A DNA stretch of 32,000 nt, taken from the NCBI RefSeq assembly GCF_000015025.1, contig NC_008578.1, positions 270,001 through 302,000 of the forward strand, in the 5' to 3' direction. Positions 1 to 7,522 of this stretch are shown piece by piece. The DNA comes from Acidothermus cellulolyticus 11B. Its GTDB lineage: Bacteria > Actinomycetota > Actinomycetes > Acidothermales > Acidothermaceae. The position numbers were made by a program, and so were the translations under genes. Every line of letters begins with the position of its first letter. The stretch's first letter is position 1. The notes under the pieces are model-generated. The model saw nothing but the letters and a program-made list of their open reading frames with translations, ran no database searches and had not been told where the DNA came from.

Positions 1-551
1 CACTTTTCGTGGTGGGATTTTCGATTGCTCTCACGCTCGGTGGGGCGCTCTTCGGCTATGTCGGCTCGACCCTGGCGGCGCACCGCGACGTCGTCTACCG
101 AGTTCTCGGGGTTGTGGTCATCGTCTTCGGTTGCGTGTTTCTCGGACTTTTTCCCGGCCTGCAGCGGGAGATCCGCATCCACCGGTTGCCGGCAGCCGGT
201 CTTGCCGCCGCCCCGATCGTCGGTTTCGCCTTCGGCGTGGGGTGGACGCCGTGCCTCGGCCCGACCCTCGGTGCCGTGCAGGCGCTTGCGCTGGCCGGAT
301 CGAGCGCAAGTCAAGGCGCGCTGCTCACATTTGTGTACTGCCTGGGTCTCGGTATTCCCTTCATTCTCGTTGCAATTGGGTTCCGCCGAGCCCTCGGTGC
401 GCTCGCCGTCGTCCGGCGGCACCAGCGGCTGGTGAGCACCGTCGGTGGTGTCATGCTGCTGCTTGTGGGTTTCCTGCTCGTCAGCGGCTTGTGGAACGTC
501 GTCGTCGGAGCATTGCAGCACCTCGTCACGGGATATACGGCGCCGCTATGA
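1..551 (+). CDS. ccdA: Cytochrome c biogenesis membrane protein CcdA (DsbD-family thiol-reductant transporter), N-terminus outside window
   Basis: Polytopic hydrophobic protein with the second conserved CcdA cysteine motif (GVGWTPCLGP). The first Cys motif is absent, and the frame stays open to position 3, so the 5' end is cut by the window. The stop overlaps the resB start (ATGA at 548-551). Confidence 0.85.
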   Translation, partial: LFVVGFSIALTLGGALFGYVGSTLAAHRDVVYRVLGVVVIVFGCVFLGLFPGLQREIRIHRLPAAGLAAAPIVGFAFGVGWTPCLGPTLGAVQALALAGSSASQGALLTFVYCLGLGIPFILVAIGFRRALGALAVVRRHQRLVSTVGGVMLLLVGFLLVSGLWNVVVGALQHLVTGYTAPL

Positions 552-2359
552 CCGACCTCTCCGAATCCCGCACGGACCGCGTCGCACCGGACGTGGCTGC
601 AGTCCGCGATCACGTTCAGCTGACTCGTGATGGTGTAACGGTTGCCGAGAACGCCGACGGCGTAGCGGCCGCGGAGACCGCCGATGGTGCAGCGGCTGCG
701 GAGACCGATGATGGTGCAGCGGCTGCGGAGACCGATGAATTCGGCACCCGGCAACGGGCCCGTCGTCCTGCGGTGGCTTCGCTCCTCGCCGTACTCCGCT
801 GGGTGTGGTATTCGCTCACGTCAATGCGGACCGCTCTGATTCTGCTTTTCTTGCTGGCACTTGCGGCGATTCCCGGATCCATCCTGCCGCAGCGGGGTGG
901 TGCGAATCCGGCGGCGGTGGCCGCATTCTTCAGCCGGCATCCGACCCTTGCACCCATTCTCGACCACCTGGGCGCTTTCAACGTGTACGGCTCGGCGTGG
1001 TTTGCCGCCGTCTATCTGCTGCTGTTCATTTCACTTGCCGGATGTGTCGTGCCGCGGGCATTCCGGCACGCGGCGATGTTGCGGACCCCGCCGCCGCCGA
1101 CCCCGCGGAATCTCCACCGCCTACCGGCATATTGTCGGTGGGAGACGACCCTGCCGGCACGTGACGCGGTCCGCGCCGCCCGGCAGGTGCTTGCGCGTCG
1201 ACATTTCCGTCTCCGCGTCGACGATCAAACGTTGGCGGTCTCCGCGGAACGCGGTCAGCTGCGGGAAACCGGCAACCTCGTCTTTCACATCGCCCTGCTG
1301 GTGGTATTGCTCGGCATTGCGGTGACCTCGGGATTCGGCTTCACCGGAACCGTCATTCTCAAAGAGCACGACACCTTCGCCGACACACAAATCGCCTACG
1401 ACAGTTTCTCGGCCGGCCGCATGGTCAATGTGGGCGCGCTGCCGCCGTTCACCTTCACGCTCGACGCATTTCGGGCCAGCTTCGTCCAATCCGGTCCGAC
1501 GCGTGGTGCTGCGGCGGATTACCGGGCGACAGTGACGTGGCAGCCGCGGCCCGGCGCGCCGATGCGGACGTCGGAGATTTCCGTCAACCATCCGCTCACT
1601 GTGGACGGGGTGAATGTGTACCTCACCGGCCACGGCTACGCGCCGCATTTCCGGATCCGCGACGGTTCGGGGCGCGTCTTCGACGAGACAGTGCCGTTCC
1701 TGCCTCGGGATGGCGTCTTCACTTCCCAGGGCGTGGTGAAGCTGCCGGACGCGAAGCCACAGCAGCTGGGCATCAGCGGGTTCTTCCTGCCGACCGCCGC
1801 GGCGGATCCGGTGACCGGGCAGCCGATTTCGATTTTCCCGGCGCCCGACAATCCGGTGGTGGTCCTTGGCGTCTTCGGTGGGAATCTCGGCTTGGATTCC
1901 GGTATCCCGCAATCGGTCTACACGTTGGACACCACGAAGATGCACCTGCTCGGCAAGGGAATTCTGCGCCCGGGCCAGACCCTGACGCTTCCTGATGGCC
2001 AGGGCTCGGTGACGTTCGTGGGCTTTTCGGACTTCGCCGCCTTTCAGCTCACCCGGGATCCGGGTAAGCCGATCGTCCTGGTCGCAATCAGTGTCGCGAT
2101 TGCCGGTCTTCTGGTCTCGCTCGGTATCCGGCGGTGGCGGGTCTGGGTCCGTGCGGCCGAGAACGAGGCGGGACGTACGGTGGTCGAGGTTGGTGGTCTT
2201 CCCCGCACCGATGCCAGCGGGGGATTCACCGAGGCGTTCGCCCGGCTCGCCGAGGAATTGCGGCGCCGGACGGACGCCGCGGATGCGGCGGCGGATGGCG
2301 AGTCGGACGGCGTGATGCGGATCGGCGCCGGGTCGAGGAGGGATGACGGTGTCAGTTGA
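548..2359 (+). CDS. resB: Cytochrome c biogenesis protein ResB/Ccs1 (system II heme handling)
   Basis: ATG 548 overlaps the ccdA stop (ATGA). Shows the ResB hallmarks: N-terminal TM segments (RTALILLFLLALAAIPGSILPQR; AWFAAVYLLLFISLAGCV), a large extracytoplasmic domain and a C-terminal TM. Sits in the canonical ccdA-resB-ccsB order. The track ORF start at 131 is an in-frame artefact that overlaps ccdA. Confidence 0.85.
   Translation: MTDLSESRTDRVAPDVAAVRDHVQLTRDGVTVAENADGVAAAETADGAAAAETDDGAAAAETDEFGTRQRARRPAVASLLAVLRWVWYSLTSMRTALILLFLLALAAIPGSILPQRGGANPAAVAAFFSRHPTLAPILDHLGAFNVYGSAWFAAVYLLLFISLAGCVVPRAFRHAAMLRTPPPPTPRNLHRLPAYCRWETTLPARDAVRAARQVLARRHFRLRVDDQTLAVSAERGQLRETGNLVFHIALLVVLLGIAVTSGFGFTGTVILKEHDTFADTQIAYDSFSAGRMVNVGALPPFTFTLDAFRASFVQSGPTRGAAADYRATVTWQPRPGAPMRTSEISVNHPLTVDGVNVYLTGHGYAPHFRIRDGSGRVFDETVPFLPRDGVFTSQGVVKLPDAKPQQLGISGFFLPTAAADPVTGQPISIFPAPDNPVVVLGVFGGNLGLDSGIPQSVYTLDTTKMHLLGKGILRPGQTLTLPDGQGSVTFVGFSDFAAFQLTRDPGKPIVLVAISVAIAGLLVSLGIRRWRVWVRAAENEAGRTVVEVGGLPRTDASGGFTEAFARLAEELRRRTDAADAAADGESDGVMRIGAGSRRDDGVS
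644..739 (+). repeat. In-frame 27-bp tandem repeat (~3.6 copies) in the ResB N-terminal cytoplasmic tail
   Basis: Units are at 644-670 (diverged), 671-697 and 698-724 (differ at 2 nt), plus a partial unit at 725-739. Consensus gcggagaccgatgatggtgcagcggct. Encodes (AETxDGAAA)n. Confidence 0.9.
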
Positions 2360-3485
2360 TCCGGGATTGGCGAGCCTGTCGAATCAGCTGGTAGCGGCGG
2401 CTCTCGTCGGATATTCGTTGGCTTTCGTCGGCTACGCGGTGCGCGCCGCGTTCGGGGTGCGCGTCCCGGAGGCCGGCCAACCTACGCGCGTGCCGGACGC
2501 TGGCGAACCCGCGCGGCGCGCCGTCGCGTTGGCGTCCGTCGGAGCGGCGGCGTCCGTTGGGACGGCGTCCGTCGGGACGGCGTCGGGAGACGGAACGGCC
2601 GGTATCGGCGACACCGCCGACGGCTCGCCGCCACGCGGGGGGCTTCCGGCCGGACTCAGCGAAGACCGACCGGCTGGCGGCACCGAAGACCGCTCTGACC
2701 GGGTGTGGAGGTTCGGCGTCCGGGCGGGCCGGCTGGCCGTCGTCCTGACGATCCTCGCCTGGCTGATCCATGCGGGCGCGCTCGTGACCCGCGGCCTGTC
2801 CGTGCACCGGCTGCCCTGGGGCAACATGTACGAATTCACCCTCGCGCTGACCTGGGCGGCGGTCGGGGCGTTTCTCCTCGTGCTTGCGAGGTACCGGCAG
2901 CAGGCGCTCGGTCTGCTCGGCGTCTTCGTGATGATCCCCGTGCTGTTGGCGTTGGGACTCGCGATCACCGTCTTGTACGTCGCGGCGGCCCCGCTGGTCC
3001 CGGCGCTTCACTCGTACTGGTTGGCGATCCACGTCACCGCCGCGATCATCGCGACCGGCGTCTTCACGGTGGCGACCGCTGCGACCGTCATGTTCCTTGT
3101 CGCGGACCACTACGCGAGTGCGGAGCGCCATGGCCGTCCGGTGCGGTTCGCCGCCCTCGCCCGGCTCATGCCGAGCGCAGCGGTCTTGGACCGGCTGGCG
3201 TACCGGGCTTATGCCCTGGCGTTCCCGATCTGGACCTTCGCCGTGGTTGCGGGAGCCATCTGGGCGGAGTACGCCTGGGGGCATTACTGGCAGTGGGATC
3301 CGAAGGAGACGTGGGCGTTCATCACCTGGGTGGTCTATGCCGGTTATCTCCACGCCCGGGCCACCGCCGGCTGGCGCGGCCGGAAGGCCGCGTACGTCGC
3401 CCTCTTCGGGTTCGCGACCGTGCTCTTCAACTTCTTTGTGGTGAACATTTTCATCAGCGGCATGCACTCGTACGCCGGCATCTGA
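2343..3485 (+). CDS. ccsB: Cytochrome c-type biogenesis protein CcsB/ResC (heme exporter/lyase subunit)
   Basis: Contains the Trp-rich heme-handling WWD-type motif (WAEYAWGHYWQWDPKETWAFITW) and multiple TM helices. A GAGGAGGG Shine-Dalgarno (SD) lies directly before ATG 2343. Overlaps the resB end by 17 nt. Confidence 0.9.
   Translation: MTVSVDPGLASLSNQLVAAALVGYSLAFVGYAVRAAFGVRVPEAGQPTRVPDAGEPARRAVALASVGAAASVGTASVGTASGDGTAGIGDTADGSPPRGGLPAGLSEDRPAGGTEDRSDRVWRFGVRAGRLAVVLTILAWLIHAGALVTRGLSVHRLPWGNMYEFTLALTWAAVGAFLLVLARYRQQALGLLGVFVMIPVLLALGLAITVLYVAAAPLVPALHSYWLAIHVTAAIIATGVFTVATAATVMFLVADHYASAERHGRPVRFAALARLMPSAAVLDRLAYRAYALAFPIWTFAVVAGAIWAEYAWGHYWQWDPKETWAFITWVVYAGYLHARATAGWRGRKAAYVALFGFATVLFNFFVVNIFISGMHSYAGI
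2532..2594 (+). repeat. In-frame 15-bp tandem repeat (gcgtccgtYgggacg, ~4 copies with decay) inside a low-complexity loop of CcsB
   Basis: Copies at 2532-2546 (diverged), 2550-2564 and 2565-2579, then a decayed copy from 2580. Encodes ASVGA..ASVGTASVGTASGDGT. Confidence 0.8.
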
Positions 3486-3548
3486 CGGCCGACCGCGCTC
3501 CCGGCCCGGCGTGATGACGGCGGTGACAGGGCTGCCGGCGGACCGGGC

Positions 3549-3554
3549 GATACT
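3549..3554 (+). promoter_or_regulatory. Candidate -10 hexamer GATACT placing a transcription start (TSS) on the A of ATG 3561 (possible leaderless mRNA)
   Basis: The last T of GATACT is exactly 7 nt before A3561. No SD is present in 3540-3560. GTGACA at 3523-3528 is -35-like, but the spacer is 20 nt, which is long. Confidence 0.3.
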
Positions 3555-3560
3555 AAGCCC

Positions 3561-5033
3561 ATGCCGTTCGCCGATCTCCCGGAGTTTCTTGACGCACTAG
3601 AGCGGGACGGCGACCTGGTGCGGATCACAGCACCGGTCGACCCGTACCTGGAGATCACCGAGATTGTCGATCGGGTGGTGCGCAACGGCGGCCCGGCGCT
3701 GCTCTTCGAGAATGTGATCGGCTATGACATGCCGCTCGCGATGAACGTCTTCGGCACGCCGCGGCGGATGGCGAAGGTCTTCGGCGCGGCGGAGCTCGAC
3801 GACGTGGGCCGGCGCATCGCCGGCCTCCTCCAACCCGGGCTGCCGCAGGGTTTCGCCGGCGTACGCGACGTCTTCTCCCGGGCCATGCAGCTCCGTGCGG
3901 TGCCGCCGAAACGGGTCCGGTCCGGGGCATGCCAGGACATCGTGCTGCGAGGGGAGGACGTCGACCTCACCCGGCTGCCGGCGCTGCACACCTGGCCGAA
4001 GGACGGCGGTCCATACTTCACCCTCGGGCTCACCCACACGAAACACCCGGAGACCGGTCAGCGGAATGTCGGGCTCTACCGGCTGCAGCGCTTCGACCGG
4101 CGCACCATCGGGATGCATTGGCAGATTCACAAGGATTCCACGGCGCACCATGCGGTGGCCGAACGCCGCGGTGAACGCCTTCCGGTCGCGGTGGCTTTCG
4201 GCTGTGACCCGGTGTTGAGCTACGTGGCCTCGGCCCCGCTGCCGGCCGATATTGACGAGTACGCGTTCGCCGGTTTTCTCCGCGGGGAACGGGTGGAGCT
4301 GGTGGAGTGTGTGAGCGTCCCCCTGGAAGTTCCCGCTTCCGCGCAGGTGGTCCTGGAGGGATGGATTGAACCGGGCGAACGGCGTCCGGAGGGGCCATTC
4401 GGCGATCACACCGGTTTCTATACGCCGGTCGAACCGTTTCCGGTGTTGCACGTGGAAACCGTGACGATGCGCAAGACCCCCATCTTCCAAGCCATCGTGG
4501 TCGGGCGTCCCCCTGCGGAGGACGCCTTTCTCGGGAAGGCGACGGAGCGCATCTTTCTTCCCTTGGTAAAACTGCTCATTCCCGATATCGTGGACCTCGA
4601 CCTGCCCATCGAAGGCGTTTTTCACAACTGCGTCATCGTCAGTATCGAGAAGCGCTTTCCGAAACACGCGCATAAAGTGATGCACGCCATCTGGGGCGCC
4701 GGCATGCTGTCGTTGGCCAAGCTCATCGTTGTCGTGGACGCCGATTGCAACGTCCACGACTACCGGGACGTCGCGTGGCGGGCCTTCGGCAACGTCGATT
4801 ACGCCCATGACCTCGTGCAGGCGGTCGGTCCGGTCGACCACCTCGACCACGCAAGCTATCAGCAATTCTGGGGCGGCAAAATCGGCATCGACGCGACGGC
4901 GAAACTGCCCGGCGAAGGGTACCACCGCGGCTGGCCGGAGATGATTGTCCAGGATCGCGACATCGTCGAACGGGTGAGCCGGCGTTGGGCGGAGTTCGGT
5001 CTTCCCGCCGAGCTGGGAAAGGCGCGTCCGTGA
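3561..5033 (+). CDS. UbiD-family decarboxylase, menaquinone-biosynthesis (futalosine late-step, SCO4490-type) decarboxylase
   Basis: 490 aa with a UbiD-type N-terminus (FADLPEFLDALERDGDLVRITAPVDPYLEITEI) and UbiD-like similarity along the full length. Sits immediately upstream of its UbiA-like and UbiX-like partners, as in Streptomyces SCO4490-4492. Confidence 0.9.
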   Translation: MPFADLPEFLDALERDGDLVRITAPVDPYLEITEIVDRVVRNGGPALLFENVIGYDMPLAMNVFGTPRRMAKVFGAAELDDVGRRIAGLLQPGLPQGFAGVRDVFSRAMQLRAVPPKRVRSGACQDIVLRGEDVDLTRLPALHTWPKDGGPYFTLGLTHTKHPETGQRNVGLYRLQRFDRRTIGMHWQIHKDSTAHHAVAERRGERLPVAVAFGCDPVLSYVASAPLPADIDEYAFAGFLRGERVELVECVSVPLEVPASAQVVLEGWIEPGERRPEGPFGDHTGFYTPVEPFPVLHVETVTMRKTPIFQAIVVGRPPAEDAFLGKATERIFLPLVKLLIPDIVDLDLPIEGVFHNCVIVSIEKRFPKHAHKVMHAIWGAGMLSLAKLIVVVDADCNVHDYRDVAWRAFGNVDYAHDLVQAVGPVDHLDHASYQQFWGGKIGIDATAKLPGEGYHRGWPEMIVQDRDIVERVSRRWAEFGLPAELGKARP

Positions 5034-5091
5034 CACCGGTATCGTCGCAGGCGGAATTCCACCCCGTTGCCGGCAGCTCGGAGAGGACGCC

Positions 5092-6036
5092 GTGACCAGT
5101 CGACGCGTGGAGACCACCGACGCCGGGACGTCCCCCCGCTCCGAGACGCCGCCCGCGCGGCGACCCGGCCGGTTGCGGGCGTTCCTCCGCCTCGTTCAAT
5201 TCGAGCACTCCGTTTTCGCGTTGCCCTTCGCGTACATCGCCGCGCTCACCGCCATGTGGCAGGCGGATCGGCATGTCCATTGGCGCCAGTTGGGAATTGT
5301 CACCGTCGCCATGGTTGCGGCTCGCACGTTTGCGATGGCGGTGAACCGGATTGTCGACCGGCACATCGACGCGCGCAATCCCCGGACGCGTCAGCGGGAA
5401 CTGGTGACCGGGGTTGTCTCGGTGCGTGCGGCCGGCATCGGAGCGCTGTCCGCCCTCGCCGTGCTGGTCGTCTCCGCCGCCGCGCTGAACCGGCTCTGCC
5501 TGTATTTGTCGCCGGTCGCTGCGTTCGTCCTTGCGGGTTATCCATATGCGAAACGCATCACTTGGGCGCCGCACGCTGTCCTTGGGCTCGCGCAAACCAT
5601 CGGTCCCATCGGCGCGTGGATTGCGGTGACGGGTACGTGGTCGTGGACGGCGGTCTTGCTGGGCCTTGCCGTGGGGTGCTGGATCGGCGGCTTTGACATC
5701 ATCTATGCCTTGCAGGATTACGAGTTCGACCGGACCGTCGGAATTCAGTCCTTGCCGGCCCGGTTCGGCCCGCATATCGCGCTCGCGTGGTCACGGGTGG
5801 CGCACTTTGCCACCATCGCCCTCCTGCTCTGGTTCGGCGCCGCCGCCGGCCTCCGGATCGTCTGGCTGGTCGGCGTACTCGCGGCCGCCGTCGCACTCGG
5901 CTACGAGCAGCATCTCGTGAAGCCGTCGGACTTTTCCAAAGTGAACCGCGCATTCTTCACGGTCAACGGATACATCGGTGTCGGGCTTTTTCTGTTCGGT
6001 CTCGGCGACCTTATCGCCGGAGGGCTGCGGTGGTGA
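5092..6036 (+). CDS. mqnP: UbiA-family aromatic prenyltransferase, menaquinone-biosynthesis prenyltransferase (MqnP-type)
   Basis: Polytopic membrane protein with two Asp-rich UbiA motifs (NRIVDRHIDARNPRT; YALQDYEFD). A GGAGAGGA SD lies 5 nt before GTG 5092. Confidence 0.85.
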   Translation: MTSRRVETTDAGTSPRSETPPARRPGRLRAFLRLVQFEHSVFALPFAYIAALTAMWQADRHVHWRQLGIVTVAMVAARTFAMAVNRIVDRHIDARNPRTRQRELVTGVVSVRAAGIGALSALAVLVVSAAALNRLCLYLSPVAAFVLAGYPYAKRITWAPHAVLGLAQTIGPIGAWIAVTGTWSWTAVLLGLAVGCWIGGFDIIYALQDYEFDRTVGIQSLPARFGPHIALAWSRVAHFATIALLLWFGAAAGLRIVWLVGVLAAAVALGYEQHLVKPSDFSKVNRAFFTVNGYIGVGLFLFGLGDLIAGGLRW

Positions 6037-6686
6037 CCGATCAGCGGCAAGGCCGCCGTCCCTGGCTCGTCGGTGTGACGGGGGCGAGCGGTACGCCGTA
6101 TGCCGCTGCGCTGCTGCGCGGCCTGCTCGCGGCGGGCCGGCCGGTCGACCTGGTGGTCTCGCGGGCCGCGCGGCTCACGCTCCGCGACGAAGCAGGCCTC
6201 ACCTGGCGAGACGACCTGCCAAGTCTGCGGCGCTGGCTGGAGACCCCGCTCGATGACACCCTTCCGTCCCTCCCGGCCGAGCCGTGGGACGTGCGGATCT
6301 GGAAGGTGACCGATCTCGCGGCGCCGCCGTCCAGCGGTTCGTACCTGACCCACGGCATGGTCGTGATACCGGCCAGTACGGCGTCCATCGCGGCCATCGC
6401 AACCGGGCTGTCCAGGGATCTGCTGCAACGCGCCGCGGATGTCACCCTCAAAGAACGGCGTCTGCTGATCGTCGTCCCGCGGGAGACCCCGCTCACCGGA
6501 ATCACCCTGCGCCAGCTGGCGACTCTGGCGGATCTGGGGGTGGCGGTCGTACCGGCGGCGCCCGCTTTTTACAGCAAACCGAAGAGCGTGCAGCAGTTGG
6601 TCGATTTCATCGCCGGGAAGGTGCTGGACCTGCTCGGCGTCGAGCACGAGCTCTTCGCGCGGTGGACGGGACAGCTCGGCGGTTGA
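6033..6686 (+). CDS. UbiX-family flavin prenyltransferase (makes prenyl-FMN for the UbiD-like decarboxylase)
   Basis: Flavoprotein P-loop-like motif WLVGVTGASGTPYA and similarity to the UbiX/Pad1 family. GTG 6033 overlaps the mqnP stop (GTGA); GTG 6030 is an equally possible start. Confidence 0.85.
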   Translation: MTDQRQGRRPWLVGVTGASGTPYAAALLRGLLAAGRPVDLVVSRAARLTLRDEAGLTWRDDLPSLRRWLETPLDDTLPSLPAEPWDVRIWKVTDLAAPPSSGSYLTHGMVVIPASTASIAAIATGLSRDLLQRAADVTLKERRLLIVVPRETPLTGITLRQLATLADLGVAVVPAAPAFYSKPKSVQQLVDFIAGKVLDLLGVEHELFARWTGQLGG

Positions 6687-6739
6687 CCGGCTCGCGGGCG
6701 GAGTGCGGGGACGACGACCGCTCGCGGCGGCTCGGTCAG

Positions 6740-6964
6740 TCAGCTCTCCTCGGTGTCGAAGGCGACCGGACCGAACGATGGCGCCGATTCGCCGCGGAGC
6801 AAGGCCCGGACCTCCGACTCCCGGAACCGCCGGTGGCCGCCGGGCGTCCGGATGCTGCCGATCCGTCCGGACGCCGCCCATCGGGTCACCGTCTTCGGGT
6901 CCACGCGGAAGAGATTGGCGACCTCGCCCGGGGTGAGGAGCCGATCTCGGGTTGCCTCAATCAT
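6740..6964 (-). CDS. bldC: Small MerR/excisionase-type helix-turn-helix DNA-binding protein, BldC-like (74 aa)
   Basis: The core LLTPGEVANLFRVDPKTVTRWAASGRIGSIRTPGGHRRFRESEVRALL is nearly identical to my recollection of Streptomyces BldC. An AGGAGG SD (plus-strand cctcct, 6973-6978) lies 8 nt upstream of ATG 6964. The longer in-frame ORF reaching 7219 has no support. Confidence 0.85.
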   Translation of the reverse strand: MIEATRDRLLTPGEVANLFRVDPKTVTRWAASGRIGSIRTPGGHRRFRESEVRALLRGESAPSFGPVAFDTEES

Positions 6965-7232
6965 GATCTCTGCCTCCTGTCGTGCTGGTCGGCTGGATGG
7001 TCGGCTCGGCTGAGCCGGTCTGATATCGGAGGCCGGCAGGTCGCCGGCGGCAGAGTGCGGATCGTCGACCGCGCTGGGGTCGTGTGATGACCTTCTCATG
7101 AGTGTGGTGTAGTTCCGTTCTGTCTGGTGGGTGTGACGGGTGCTAACCCCCATGAGATGTGTACACGCCGATGTCCCCGCACGCCTCGATTTGCCGCGGA
7201 AATGTCGCCGTTTCGGCAAAAAAACGGGGCAG

Positions 7233-7262
7233 TCGTCACTATTCCACTACGGATAGTGACGA
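7233..7262. promoter_or_regulatory. Perfect 10-bp inverted repeat TCGTCACTAT-N10-ATAGTGACGA in the AT-richest part of the bldC-like/mqnE divergent region (candidate operator or RNA hairpin)
   Basis: The arms at 7233-7242 and 7253-7262 are exact reverse complements. An A7 tract lies adjacent at 7218-7224. The element is about 270 nt from the start codons on both sides. Confidence 0.4.
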
Positions 7263-7522
7263 AAATTCCCGACCGCCTAAGGCGATGCGACGCATTGTCG
7301 CGACTGCATCACGTACCGTAGCGCCACTGGCGCGGTCGCGCGGCGATCCGATGCCGATCCGCAGCGGCGTCGTGGCCGCCGGCGGCCAACCGGTGGAACG
7401 ATCGAGATCGCGTCACAGCGAACCGGCGCGTGTGATCGCTTATGGAGCGTGCGGCATGCTGAGGGGGATGGCCGCTGCGTCGGCAGCCCCAACCGCGCGG
7501 CTCGTTCGTCGAGGGAGGAGTT

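Noticed and set aside
131-547. An in-frame upstream extension of the resB ORF, giving the 742-aa version.
   Set aside because: It overlaps ccdA in another frame and encodes Arg-rich nonsense. ATG 548 gives the ATGA coupling and a normal ResB N-terminus.
6687-6739. A possible bidirectional terminator between the convergent ubiX-like and bldC-like genes.
   Set aside because: Only direct repeats of GCTCGCGG(G)CGG and a 5-bp terminal complementarity are present. There is no clean stem-loop.
7159-7166. An 8-bp palindrome GTGTACAC in the bldC-like upstream region.
   Set aside because: About two 8-bp palindromes are expected by chance in 558 bp, and the flanks do not extend the symmetry.
6965-7219. 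An N-terminal extension of the BldC-like ORF to 159 aa.
   Set aside because: BldC-family proteins are about 70 aa. A strong AGGAGG SD precedes the internal ATG 6964, and the extension is low-complexity with no homology.
7270-7522. A possible SAM (SAM-IV/SAM-I-like) riboswitch in the mqnE leader. The idea was prompted by a GCCAACC string and by MqnE's use of SAM.
   Set aside because: Comparison with the SAM-IV sequence I remember shows no match to the conserved core beyond that short string. It is kept only as an unnamed structured-leader hypothesis.
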